This document shows, piece after piece, positions 49,139 to 59,031 of a stretch of 62,988 nt of DNA; position 1 is the stretch's first letter; each line of letters starts with the position of its first letter. This stretch comes from Promethearchaeati archaeon. GTDB lineage: Archaea > Asgardarchaeota > Heimdallarchaeia > Heimdallarchaeales > Heimdallarchaeaceae. Where the stretch lies: the NCBI GenBank assembly GCA_013166775.1, contig JABLTJ010000020.1, positions 1-62,988 of the forward strand. The letters are read 5' to 3'. The notes under the pieces are model-generated. The model was not told the DNA's origin and did not search any database. It worked only from the letters and a program-made list of their open reading frames with translations. The position numbers and the translations under genes are program-made.

Positions 49139-49540
49139 TCAGAGTCTACTCTCAAGTAATTGATCATACTCTTCATCTGTTAATTCTTTTGAATCATATA
49201 GTTCGAATTTTTCTCCTATAATTTTTGCTAAGAGATGATAACAAAGAGTTTTCTCTTCTCTTCCCAATACTCTTACCTGAAAATCCGTACACTCACAAAA
49301 ATTTTCATCTATTATAATATATTTCTTACTTTTTCCCTCAATCTCCCAAAATTCCATATCATTACTTAAAACTAGTTTATGCAATTTCTTCTCTTTTAGT
49401 ATTTTTGCTGCCTTTTCTCCTCTAGAATTAAACACTGAGATAATCTCGTTTTCTGCAATTTCAGACAGTTCTTCCTCTTTTTTTAATAGAGAAATCAATT
49501 TCGTTAGTTTTTCATTATCGGAAAGAGAAGTTCTATTCAT
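49139..49540 (-). CDS. SWIM zinc-finger protein
   Basis: FCECTDF...LCYHLLA (CxC...CxH). Confidence 0.8.
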   Translation of the reverse strand: MNRTSLSDNEKLTKLISLLKKEEELSEIAENEIISVFNSRGEKAAKILKEKKLHKLVLSNDMEFWEIEGKSKKYIIIDENFCECTDFQVRVLGREEKTLCYHLLAKIIGEKFELYDSKELTDEEYDQLLESRL

Positions 49541-49647
49541 TTAACATAACCTACTTAATTGTTTATTTTCAATTTAATATGATTATACTGTCAGTTTGTA
49601 AATAAAATACTTTCTAGTGAATGGAAACAAAAAGAAAATCATTTAAG

Positions 49648-50091
49648 CTACTGTTTTATCATCACGTCTGAAATATCAAATTGTCTTAAAACTAGTTTTT
49701 TAATTTTGTTTATGTTTTTTCCACTTCTACCTATTGCTCTTCCTTTGTCTTTGTTATCTACTTCTACAGTAGCTGTTTTACCATTTCTTCTTTCTTGGAG
49801 ATTAATCTCTCTTATTGCTATTGGTAAAAAGCAATTTTGAATAAACTTTGTGGGATTAGAAGAATGTTCAATTATTTCTACATCTTTGGAGATTAATTCT
49901 TTAAGACGATTTATATTAACTCCTCTTTTTCCTATTGCTAAACCAGCCTGACCTTCTGATACAACAAAAATAACTTTGTTTTCTTCTTCATCTACAATGC
50001 AGTCCATAATTGTAACATTTACAACCCCCTGAAGGATTGTTATATATTGCATTTCTGTTTGTGAGAGTTTGACAGCTGGCATATTATTCAT
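49648..50091 (-). CDS. nusA: Archaeal NusA (KH-domain) transcription factor
   Basis: Two KH motifs, AIGKRG and AIGRSGKNI. Confidence 0.93.
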   Translation of the reverse strand: MNNMPAVKLSQTEMQYITILQGVVNVTIMDCIVDEEENKVIFVVSEGQAGLAIGKRGVNINRLKELISKDVEIIEHSSNPTKFIQNCFLPIAIREINLQERRNGKTATVEVDNKDKGRAIGRSGKNINKIKKLVLRQFDISDVMIKQ

Positions 50092-50327
50092 CCATATGAT
50101 TAAGGTTTTTTATTTTAACTCTTTTATTACGGGTTTTTGGGCATTTTACACTGATATTTCCCATAGATATATAATTAAATCTTGCTCTTCTGAAGTAGAA
50201 GAATAAATTTAAACATATTTGGAGATATATTTGTTTTTTCCTTTTGATTATAAAATGGAGACCAATATACTAATACCATCATATGATTTTCATGGGTCAT
50301 TGGCATTGGTTAAATTCCCCACCTTCA

Positions 50328-50627
50328 TCATTTCTTGACAGCTTTAAGGATATCGCTATCTCCCATTTCATAAACAGTTAAGACTGCTACAAAATGAGGT
50401 CTTCCGCAAATTGCACCTAAATCTAGAGAAGATCCCTTAAAATCCAATATAGGAATTTTTGAAAGAGTAGCATAATGACTTACATCTTCTTTTATTTCTG
50501 TAGGGCAGTTTTGTGCAACAATTACTAGTTTTGCTTGTTTATTCATTAGAGCTGTTTTTGATGATTCTGCTCCAAATGAAACCTTTCCAGTATCAACAGC
50601 AATTCGTATACTTCGATTTATATCCAT
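50328..50627 (-). CDS. rpl30e: 50S ribosomal protein eL30
   Basis: AVDTGKV.FG, AKLVIVA.NCP, DLGAICGRP, GDSDIL. Confidence 0.96.
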   Translation of the reverse strand: MDINRSIRIAVDTGKVSFGAESSKTALMNKQAKLVIVAQNCPTEIKEDVSHYATLSKIPILDFKGSSLDLGAICGRPHFVAVLTVYEMGDSDILKAVKK

Positions 50628-50766
50628 GAAATGACACCTTCATTACAGTTGTGCTGATTTCATCCTTAAATTCTTAAATTTTTGCACTTTAGAGTTAATA
50701 TCGTAGCTTATTTTCATGTTTTAATAATCTAAGGAAAAAAAACTAAGAGTTCCAGAAATCCTTTAG

Positions 50767-51657
50767 TTAGATTTCCACAGCTCCGGAAAAAAGAACATCC
50801 CATGCTTTACTCCATCTTTCTGGGTGTGCTACATCAATCCAAAAAGCACTTTTTGGCGAAATATGCGCCTTAAGCTGATTATCTTTGATAAGCATTGGAA
50901 TAATATCATTTGAAATTGATTTTCCTTCTGATTCAGTCAGGTAATCAATAATTTGTGGTTCAAAAACATAAATGCCAGTATTGATGTAGCCATCTAGCTG
51001 AGTTTTTGTTGGCGTCTCTTCAAATTTCACTACTTGGCATTCCGATGTGTTATTAACGTAGAATACTCCATAATCTGAAAATAATCCTTTTTCACTAGTT
51101 TTTCCCATTAGTTGATAATAGCTATTTACACCAATCCCACAAATTGTTGCAATATTTTCGTTTTTTTGCTTTTTGTGAGAATCAATAACATTTGATAGAT
51201 TAATGTTAGTTAAAATATCCGAATTCATTACAATGAAAGTTCCTGAGATCAAATTTTTTGCATTGTATATTGCTCCTGCAGTATCGAGATTTGTGGTTTC
51301 GCTAACATAACTTAATTCTAAGCCATTCCAATTTTGCCCAAAATGTTTCATTATTCTGTTACCCAACTTTCCAATAAGCACTACAACATCTGTTATTCCA
51401 CTATCTGCTATCAAATTAAGGTTATATTCAAGCAATGGTTTGTAGCCAACAGGTATCATAGCTTTAGGTATGGATTCTGTTATTGGTTTCAGTCTCGCTC
51501 CTTCCCCTCCAGCTAAAATGAAAGTTTTGATTTTTCGAAGTTCGAATTCTTTTTCAATCAAACGTATCAAAAAGTCCTTGATTGATCCCGAACCTTTCTT
51601 CTCTTTTACTGCATTCCATATTCTTTCTGGAAACTCAACCGTAAATTTGTGAACCAT
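50767..51657 (-). CDS. Sugar-phosphate nucleotidyltransferase with N-terminal ribbon-helix-helix-like segment
   Basis: Likely start MVHKFTVEFP (51657); ILAGGEGARLKPIT..IPKAM, DTAGAI, NSDIL, WIDVA; ORF track extends to 51723. Confidence 0.85.
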   Translation of the reverse strand: MVHKFTVEFPERIWNAVKEKKGSGSIKDFLIRLIEKEFELRKIKTFILAGGEGARLKPITESIPKAMIPVGYKPLLEYNLNLIADSGITDVVVLIGKLGNRIMKHFGQNWNGLELSYVSETTNLDTAGAIYNAKNLISGTFIVMNSDILTNINLSNVIDSHKKQKNENIATICGIGVNSYYQLMGKTSEKGLFSDYGVFYVNNTSECQVVKFEETPTKTQLDGYINTGIYVFEPQIIDYLTESEGKSISNDIIPMLIKDNQLKAHISPKSAFWIDVAHPERWSKAWDVLFSGAVEI

Positions 51658-51828
51658 ATAGTTACACCAGTCTATTATACAAAATATCTTTAATTCCTTT
51701 TTAGTTTTGCTCTTTTTATACATTTAATAACATTTTCTACCATGTAATTCAAAGAACTTACAACTTTTACTTCACCAATAGATTTTTTTAATTCTAGCAT
51801 CAAGAATAGTTAGTCTTCAAACAAACGG

Positions 51829-52941
51829 GTGAAATTTCTGTCAGACAAGATTTCATTAACACAATATGCACTTGAACGATTGAAGAAGAGACAAGAAATA
51901 GCGGAGAAATATAATCTTTCTCTCGATCAGATTCTTGATCTTAGTTTAGGAGACAATCTCTTCATTCCCCCGTCGTTGATACGGAAAATGCTTGTTAAGG
52001 AGATTCAGTCAATTGATCCACGGGAAAGCTATCCTATTGATTATTATTCATTTATTGAAGAAATTTCTCGCTTCTTGGGTGTTGAAACTACTACAATTTA
52101 CCCTGGATTAACACATAATCAACTAATTCAAAGAGTTGTATCTACAATTACTAAACCTGAAGACTCAATAATTTTACTAATTCCTGATAAGGAAATCTAT
52201 TACAAAATTGCATACAACCAGAAGCTGAAAATTCAAGGTGTTAATCTCACCGAAGGTTTTGAGTTGAATTTAGATGAAATGTTGAAAAAGGTGGATTCAA
52301 CCAAACCAAAAGCCATAATTTTCTCATCTCCCCATTATCCTACTGCCAATCAATTAAATGAAAAAGACATTTTATCACTTGCAAAAGAAATACAAATCCC
52401 AATCATAATTGATGAGTCTTATGTCGAGTTTGGAAAATATTCACTAGTAAATCAAATTAAGAATTATACTAATTTAACAATAGTTCGCTCATTTTCAAAA
52501 GCTTGGGGATTGGGAGCCACATCTTGTGCATATCTGATAGCAGATCCTTCTTTCGTAAATGTTTTAAAGGAAACTTACTCTTTTGAAGAAATTCCCCCTA
52601 TACATCTATTGCTGACTAATTATATTTTACAAACTCCCTACAGATTTGTGGAATTAATCAACGGTTTTGTTGTTGAAAGAAAAAGAGTCATTGAGCATTT
52701 GAAAATGTTAAATGGTTTGAAGGTTTATAAAAGTGATACCAATTTTCTTTTCATTAAGTATAAGAATAATGTTAGAGAGTTATTTGAACAGCTTAGCAGT
52801 AAAGGGATTATAGTTCGTACTTTCGGGGATTTCCCATCATTTAAGCAAAGAGATGAGACTTTTCTAGTAACCCTAGGGGATTCTAGTATAAATGATCGAT
52901 TTATTGTAGCACTCATTGAGTTGTTGGAATCTCTTCTTTAA
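51829..52941 (+). CDS. Class I/II PLP aminotransferase, HisC-like (divergent)
   Basis: IIDESYVEF, RSFSKAWGL, SDTNFLF. Confidence 0.8.
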   Translation: MKFLSDKISLTQYALERLKKRQEIAEKYNLSLDQILDLSLGDNLFIPPSLIRKMLVKEIQSIDPRESYPIDYYSFIEEISRFLGVETTTIYPGLTHNQLIQRVVSTITKPEDSIILLIPDKEIYYKIAYNQKLKIQGVNLTEGFELNLDEMLKKVDSTKPKAIIFSSPHYPTANQLNEKDILSLAKEIQIPIIIDESYVEFGKYSLVNQIKNYTNLTIVRSFSKAWGLGATSCAYLIADPSFVNVLKETYSFEEIPPIHLLLTNYILQTPYRFVELINGFVVERKRVIEHLKMLNGLKVYKSDTNFLFIKYKNNVRELFEQLSSKGIIVRTFGDFPSFKQRDETFLVTLGDSSINDRFIVALIELLESLL

Positions 52942-52951
52942 GAATTAAAAG

Positions 52952-53476
52952 TCATGATAATTTTTTCTTAACAAATAACCGTGTTGTAGGGCTCCCACAT
53001 TCTATACATTTATTTTGTTTTGTTTTGTATTTTTGTCCACAGACGGTACATTTCCAAAAATATCTTCTTGCTGTTCTAATTTTAAATGAATATGATTTGA
53101 TGGGTATCTCGAGATAAAAACAGACATTCTGGATTGCATTATCATCGCTTACAACAGTAGAATTTGGAAAATCTAATGCGATTGCTATAACTTGGAGATC
53201 AGTTTCAGATAGACTAACAACATCACACGTTTTTTCTGCCATTGATTCAACTTTCTCAATAGACTTTGAAGTAGGTATTGAGAAAATCAACCTATTATCT
53301 GCCTTTAAAGTCTCAAAAACTGCTTCTGCTTGAAATGATTGTATCTCATTTCTAATGATTTCAGGAAAAACTAATGTTGTATTTTCGTCAGAAAAATCTT
53401 CCTTAGATATTACATGAATTATAGCAGTAGAATCGATAATTAGATATTTCTGCTCTTTTGAATCCTTTCTATTCAT
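52952..53476 (-). CDS. nob1: Nob1 family PIN endonuclease with Zn ribbon
   Basis: IDSTAII, LSETD, SDDNAIQNV, CTVC/CIECG. Confidence 0.88.
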   Translation of the reverse strand: MNRKDSKEQKYLIIDSTAIIHVISKEDFSDENTTLVFPEIIRNEIQSFQAEAVFETLKADNRLIFSIPTSKSIEKVESMAEKTCDVVSLSETDLQVIAIALDFPNSTVVSDDNAIQNVCFYLEIPIKSYSFKIRTARRYFWKCTVCGQKYKTKQNKCIECGSPTTRLFVKKKLS

Positions 53477-54323
53477 CTATATCATCAGGATTAAATCGTA
53501 GTAATTTTTCTCTTACTCGAGATACATAGTTTTCTGAAAATCTTACAAAACCAATAGATTCATTTGACTTATCCACTTTTATAGATTCTTTATAACCAAG
53601 ACTATAGTAAGATTGTCCATCTATGACAACTTTACCTGCTCTATACTTGCTTAGATTTTTTACAATGATTTTAGCTGTTGATGGAACTACGATGGGAATT
53701 ACTCGTTTTGAGAAAGGACAAATAGGTACTAAAGTGAAAGCATCAACTTGAGGCATTATTAAAGAACCGCCTGCAGATAGTGAATAAGCACTAGATCCTA
53801 CGCAACTAGCAATTATTAATCCATCACCATGCAAAGTATAAAGAAACTTATCATTCACTTCGATTCTTAGAAGAATCATTTGCCCTATTTTATCTGAAGT
53901 CACTATGACGTCATTTGCTGCTGAGATTGTTGGATAAGTTTTTGTAGACACTGCTAATGCACTGTTGGTTTCTATGAAATATTCTTTCTTCTCGAGTTTC
54001 TCTATAGCGCTCTCGAACTCGTCAGGAGTAATCTCTGTTAAAAAACCAACCCGTCCACAGTTAACACCAAGAATCGGTACATTCTTCCAATTAGCAAATG
54101 TTTTTAATATTGTTCCATCCCCCCCGAATACAAAAATAAAATCAACTGTATCATCTAGACATACCTTGTCAGCATCATCCACGTCCTTTGATAGAAGAAA
54201 ATCTAAAAACACGTTAAAATTCCTTTCTTTTAATTTATGATAAGCGTCGATAGCTAATCTTTTTGCATCCTTATTGCTTGAACTTCTTATTAGAATACAT
54301 GATTCTTTTATTGTGGAGGGCAT
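53469..54323 (-). CDS. nadK: NAD(+) kinase
   Basis: GGDGTIL, G.VGFL, ND, GDGLII, GSSAYSLSAGG. Confidence 0.93.
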   Translation of the reverse strand: MPSTIKESCILIRSSSNKDAKRLAIDAYHKLKERNFNVFLDFLLSKDVDDADKVCLDDTVDFIFVFGGDGTILKTFANWKNVPILGVNCGRVGFLTEITPDEFESAIEKLEKKEYFIETNSALAVSTKTYPTISAANDVIVTSDKIGQMILLRIEVNDKFLYTLHGDGLIIASCVGSSAYSLSAGGSLIMPQVDAFTLVPICPFSKRVIPIVVPSTAKIIVKNLSKYRAGKVVIDGQSYYSLGYKESIKVDKSNESIGFVRFSENYVSRVREKLLRFNPDDIDE

Positions 54324-54369
54324 TACAAGAAAGGGGGGAGTATTAAATTAAAAAAAGTTTGGTATTTGA

Positions 54370-55551
54370 TTAAATCTTCCGCATTTTTGCGATAAAATAA
54401 CCAAGAGTTTTATGAATCCCTGGGATAAATCTTTGAACCGGATATTTCAAATCTTCTACAACGGAAGCATAATCAGAATGTCTATATTTTTGCTCAATTG
54501 TTTCAAAATTAAGTTTCTCATTTGCATATTCAATTACTTCTTCATTTTCTTCTCTTGAAATAGTACAAGTAGAGTAAATAATTTCTCCTTGAGGTTTTAT
54601 TAATTTATTACATGCATGAAATATAGCTTTTTGATATCTCGACATTGATTTGATTGAATCTTTTGTGGTTTTTATTGATAACCGAGGTCTTAAACCCAAT
54701 GCAGTACAAGGGGGATCTATTAATATTTTATCGAATTTCACATTCCATTTTTTGCTTAACTCTATGATGTCTCCTGATGTAATTTCAATATTCTTAATTC
54801 TAAATTTGTTGATTTTATCACTTAATTTCCTTAATCGATTTTTAGACCTATCAACAGCAACTATTCTAGCTTTATTCCCGGCTATCTCACTAAGATGAAT
54901 TGTTTTATTACCTGGAGCAGCACAGCAGTCCAATATTCTTTCATCAGTTTTTGGTTCTAAATTTAAACATGTTAAATATGCAGGAAAGCTTTGAAAATAA
55001 ATGGATAAGTCGTCTAGATTAAGTTGTTCAATACTTGGTACAACGTAGGGAGATTGAAGATTCTTTGCAGCCAAACCTTTTCGATTCTCTAACATTTCCT
55101 TGTAATTCATCTGTGCCTCTGCATTTGCCACATGTATATTCTGTTGATTAACAATTTGAACAGTATCCCCTTGTTTGACTTTGTTAGCTCTTTTTACACC
55201 TGGTACATAAATATCAGCTCCTTGATATATCATTTCGGAAGCTTTAGTGTCTACAACTATTTTCTTTAAATTTGGTTGTGAGTCAAGTTTAAATGGTCCA
55301 TTAGGAGAGCAAATTATTAAATTTGAATACTCGTTATGAATACTGGCTTGAAACTTATTTCTTTGTAATGCTTGCAATATTTCATCTATTTTTGTTTCAT
55401 CTTTATACACATGAAGCGTATATTCTTCCATTGGTGTGCATATATTGTCAAAGTATTTGTTAGCTATATTTTCTCCAAGTAAATCGGCAATATAAACTTC
55501 TATTTCTTTTGATATAATGGGGATTTTCGTAAACATGTTGAGATCATTCAC
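54370..55551 (-). CDS. PUA-domain RNA m5C methyltransferase (NSUN6-like)
   Basis: PUA (GADIYVPGV), LDCCAAPGNKT, DPPCTALG.RP, YSTCT. Confidence 0.88.
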   Translation of the reverse strand: MNDLNMFTKIPIISKEIEVYIADLLGENIANKYFDNICTPMEEYTLHVYKDETKIDEILQALQRNKFQASIHNEYSNLIICSPNGPFKLDSQPNLKKIVVDTKASEMIYQGADIYVPGVKRANKVKQGDTVQIVNQQNIHVANAEAQMNYKEMLENRKGLAAKNLQSPYVVPSIEQLNLDDLSIYFQSFPAYLTCLNLEPKTDERILDCCAAPGNKTIHLSEIAGNKARIVAVDRSKNRLRKLSDKINKFRIKNIEITSGDIIELSKKWNVKFDKILIDPPCTALGLRPRLSIKTTKDSIKSMSRYQKAIFHACNKLIKPQGEIIYSTCTISREENEEVIEYANEKLNFETIEQKYRHSDYASVVEDLKYPVQRFIPGIHKTLGYFIAKMRKI

Positions 55552-55560
55552 TCAAGTCAA

Positions 55561-56055
55561 TTATATCAATTCATGAAAATCAACTTTCCGATTTTCAGTA
55601 TCAAGAATTGCAATAGTAGCTGTTCCATACAAATCTCCGAAGGTTTCTCCAGGATTAATCAGAATTGTTTTTCCTTTTTCTTTTACTTCTTTATGGTGAG
55701 TATGACCAGTTATTATATAGTCATAATTTTCGGAATTAAACAGAGCACTTATAATAGGTTCATGTGTTCCATGATAAAGTGCGAATGTGATATTATCTAA
55801 ATCAATTTCTCCTATTTCAGAGTAATATTTTCCAATTCCTTCTATCAAGCTTTCCAAAAATTTAGTGTCTCCTAGATTATTACCCGCACAAAGGAAAAAT
55901 CTTCCGCTAAACTCTTCAAAAAGAGGGATACAGAAAGGGGAAATGAGATCACCAGCATGTAAAATAACTTCTACTCCTTGTTTCTTGAATATTTGAATTG
56001 CTTTTTTGATATTATTCAAATTATCGTGAGAATCACTCATAATTCCAATTTTCAT
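55561..56055 (-). CDS. YfcE/MJ0936-family metallophosphoesterase
   Basis: SDSHDN, HAGD, GNN, HG, GHTH, NPG. Confidence 0.9.
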   Translation of the reverse strand: MKIGIMSDSHDNLNNIKKAIQIFKKQGVEVILHAGDLISPFCIPLFEEFSGRFFLCAGNNLGDTKFLESLIEGIGKYYSEIGEIDLDNITFALYHGTHEPIISALFNSENYDYIITGHTHHKEVKEKGKTILINPGETFGDLYGTATIAILDTENRKVDFHELI

Positions 56056-56103
56056 CTTATTTTGAAGTTTTCTTCTGTCTTAAAAATTGTTTTGATTAAA
56101 TCG

Positions 56104-56188
56104 TGGTGCGGGGAGGGAGATTCGAACTCCCGAACCACTAAGGACTAGAACCTGAATCTAGCGCCTTTGTCCACTCGGCAATCCCCGC
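56104..56188 (-). tRNA. tRNA-Leu(CAG), encoded CCA
   Basis: GCGGGGA...CTAGA TT CAG GT TCTAG...GGGAG TTCGAAT CTCCC TCCCCGC A CCA. Confidence 0.95.
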
Positions 56189-56283
56189 GTTTTAGGGAAC
56201 ATTTTTCTATCGGTTTTCTTTCTAACAAGATATATAAACCATTGTATCCTTTGTCATTTGTTCAATCATAATACCGTGATTTT

Positions 56284-57567
56284 ATGAGCTTGAAGCCATA
56301 TCTAGACTCTCTAAAGAAATCTGATTTAATCGTTGAAGTTGAAGAAACTGTTAACTTAGATAAAGAGATAACTACTTATTTACAGAAATATAAAGAAAAA
56401 ACTGTCCTTTTTAAGAAAATAAAAGAGATTCCCTATCCTTTGGTTGGCAACTTACTCACTTCAAGAAAGCAATTAGGTAAGATCCTAAATTCGAATAATT
56501 ACCATCAAGAATTTCTATACGCACTTCAGAAACCAATTGAACCCGAAGAAATAGAGGAAAATTCAACATTTGAAAATCAGAAAAAGGGAAATTTCTCTGA
56601 ATTGCCTATTCCTAAATTTTTTGGTAATGATGGAGGAAAATACTTAACATCTGGGATAGTTTTTGCCAAATTTCCAGATTCTAATATTTATAATGCGAGT
56701 ATTCACCGTGTTATGGTTATAGATAATCAAAGAGGAGCCATTCGTTTAGTACCAAGGGATTTACATCACATTTATGAGGAAAATGGCAAAAGCGGAGAAG
56801 ATACTCCAATAGCTATAGCTGTAGGATATCATCCTGTTTTAGGATTAGCAGCTTCTTCTCCTTTACCTATAACTAAATCTGAAATGTCTGTTGCAAATGC
56901 AATACTGAAAGGCAAATTGAATGTAACTAAAACCCCGAAATATAACATAGTTGTTCCCACTGATGTTGAATTCATTCTAGAAGGTAAAATAATCAAAGAT
57001 AAAACATATGAAGAAGGACCTTTTGTAGATATTACTGGTACAGCAGATCACATCCGACAACAACCAATTATTGAAATTGAAAGGCTCTATCATAGAGATA
57101 ATCCAATATTTCAAACCATTTTGCCTTCTTATGAAGAGCATTTCATCTTAATGGGATTTCCACGCGAGACACAAATTTACAACTATGTTTCGAAAGTAAT
57201 TCCAAAAATTCATAATGTTTATTTAACACCAGGTGGTTCTGGGTGGCTCCATGCGGTTGTATCAGTAACACCACAAAAGCTTGGAGACGCTAAGAATGTA
57301 GCCTTAGCTGCCTTTGCTGCACATCCTTCACTTAAATGGTGCACAATAGTGAATGAAGATATTGATGTACATAATCCCAGAGCTGTTGAATGGGCAACAA
57401 TGACTAGAGCTGGAGATAAGGATATCATTATAATTGATAATGTTCGAGGTTCATCTCTTGATCCTTCAAGAAATGCACAAGATAATACCACAATTAAAGT
57501 TATAATTGATGCGACAACAAAAGAAGATAAAGGAAGCATTGGATATGAAAGACTGATTCCGTTTTGA
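56284..57567 (+). CDS. UbiD-family prFMN decarboxylase (possibly anhydromevalonate-phosphate decarboxylase)
   Basis: DGGKYLTSG, NASIHR, EEGPFVDITGT, WLHAVVS, DID. Confidence 0.88.
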   Translation: MSLKPYLDSLKKSDLIVEVEETVNLDKEITTYLQKYKEKTVLFKKIKEIPYPLVGNLLTSRKQLGKILNSNNYHQEFLYALQKPIEPEEIEENSTFENQKKGNFSELPIPKFFGNDGGKYLTSGIVFAKFPDSNIYNASIHRVMVIDNQRGAIRLVPRDLHHIYEENGKSGEDTPIAIAVGYHPVLGLAASSPLPITKSEMSVANAILKGKLNVTKTPKYNIVVPTDVEFILEGKIIKDKTYEEGPFVDITGTADHIRQQPIIEIERLYHRDNPIFQTILPSYEEHFILMGFPRETQIYNYVSKVIPKIHNVYLTPGGSGWLHAVVSVTPQKLGDAKNVALAAFAAHPSLKWCTIVNEDIDVHNPRAVEWATMTRAGDKDIIIIDNVRGSSLDPSRNAQDNTTIKVIIDATTKEDKGSIGYERLIPF

Positions 57568-57648
57568 TTTTCATGTTGCCTTTTTCAGTTCTATCTATTT
57601 ACAAAAATATTTAAAGAAAACTTAGAGATATTCATTAGAGGTTAAAAT

Positions 57649-58977
57649 ATGAATCTAATGAATGATATAGCTAATACTGACCCTGAAGTTGCAGATATGC
57701 TACTTAGAGAGTTAAAACGTCAAGAAGAGGGCATAGAACTTATTCCTTCTGAGAATTACACTTATCGATCTGTTCTTCAAGCTATGGGGAGTGTTTTCAC
57801 CAACAAATACTCTGAAGGTTATCCAAAAAAAAGATATTATGGTGGAAATGAAATTGTAGATGAAGTTGAAATTCTTGCTATAGAACGTGCCAAGAAGCTC
57901 TTTGGATGTGAGCATGTTAATGTTCAACCTTATTCAGGCTCTCCAGCTAACCAAGCAGTGTTCTTTGCTTTACTAAATCTAAAAGATAAATTCCTAGGTT
58001 TTAGTCTAACATCAGGGGGACATCTTACTCATGGAAGTCATGTAAACTTCTCTGGTAAGAATTATGTTTGTGTTAGCTATGATGTTGATAAAGAGACAGA
58101 AATGCTAGACATGGCAGTAATCCAAGAACTAGCTAGAAAGGAAAAACCTGAGATGATTATATCGGGTTTAACTGCTTATCCTAGAAAAATAGATTTCAAA
58201 GCATTTCAAGAAATCGCAGAAGAAGTTGATGCTTATCAACTTGCGGATATTTCTCATATAGCAGGTTTAGTTGTTGGTGGAGTACATGAAAGTCCAGTTC
58301 CTTATGCTGATGTTGTAACAACTACAACTCACAAGAGTCTTAGAGGGCCACGTGGTGCAATCATAATGTGTAAGACTGAAGATAGATTGCATGAGATTCA
58401 TCATCCTGAAAAGAAAACAAAAGCAGGTGAACCATTTACTTTAGCTAGATTAATAGATTCGGCAGTATTTCCGGGCCTACAAGGAGGACCTCATGATCAC
58501 TCAACTGCAGCAAGAGCAGTTGCTTTCGCAGAGGCAATGAAACCTGAATTTAAGGATTATGCCAAACAAATTGTTAAAAATGCTAAAGTATTGGCAGATG
58601 AATTGATGGCTCTTGGTATAAAACTAGTAACTAATGGAACAGATAATCATCTGATTCTAATCGATTTGCGTCCTGAAGATCTAACTGGAAAAGGAGGACC
58701 AATTCAAACAGCTTTAGATGAAGCAGGTATAACTTTGAATAAAAACACAGTTCCATATGAACCTTCAAGTCCCTTCAATCCTTCTGGACTTCGATTAGGA
58801 ACACCAGCTATTACATCTAGAGGAATGAAAGAATCTGAAATGAAAGTGATAGCAGAAGGTCTTGCAAAAGTAATTAAGGCAAAAGGAAGCTCAGAAATAG
58901 CTGCCAAAGTTAGAGAAGATATCTTGGAGCTCACTGAACAATTCCCACTGTATCCTGGTTTATCAATCTTAAAATAG
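57649..58977 (+). CDS. glyA: Serine hydroxymethyltransferase, bacterial/THF type
   Basis: LIPSEN, NKYSEGYPKKRYYGG, GGHLTHG, TTTHKSLRGPRG, SGLRLGTPA. Confidence 0.96.
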   Translation: MNLMNDIANTDPEVADMLLRELKRQEEGIELIPSENYTYRSVLQAMGSVFTNKYSEGYPKKRYYGGNEIVDEVEILAIERAKKLFGCEHVNVQPYSGSPANQAVFFALLNLKDKFLGFSLTSGGHLTHGSHVNFSGKNYVCVSYDVDKETEMLDMAVIQELARKEKPEMIISGLTAYPRKIDFKAFQEIAEEVDAYQLADISHIAGLVVGGVHESPVPYADVVTTTTHKSLRGPRGAIIMCKTEDRLHEIHHPEKKTKAGEPFTLARLIDSAVFPGLQGGPHDHSTAARAVAFAEAMKPEFKDYAKQIVKNAKVLADELMALGIKLVTNGTDNHLILIDLRPEDLTGKGGPIQTALDEAGITLNKNTVPYEPSSPFNPSGLRLGTPAITSRGMKESEMKVIAEGLAKVIKAKGSSEIAAKVREDILELTEQFPLYPGLSILK

Positions 58978-59031
58978 AGAAACTTCATTTTTCTCTTTTT
59001 TATTCTAATACTAAATCAAGAGAAATGATTG

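Noticed and set aside
50092-50327. Possible small gene between rpl30e and nusA
   Set aside because: Only short frames broken by stops; no recognisable product
55561-56055. Vps29 (retromer) assignment
   Set aside because: Intact metal-binding motifs fit the widespread YfcE/MJ0936 phosphoesterases
615-58988. Many 60-130 aa antisense or overlapping ORFs in the track (e.g. 4999..5268, 15802..16191, 33589..33921, 57219..57539)
   Set aside because: Shadow frames of well-supported genes
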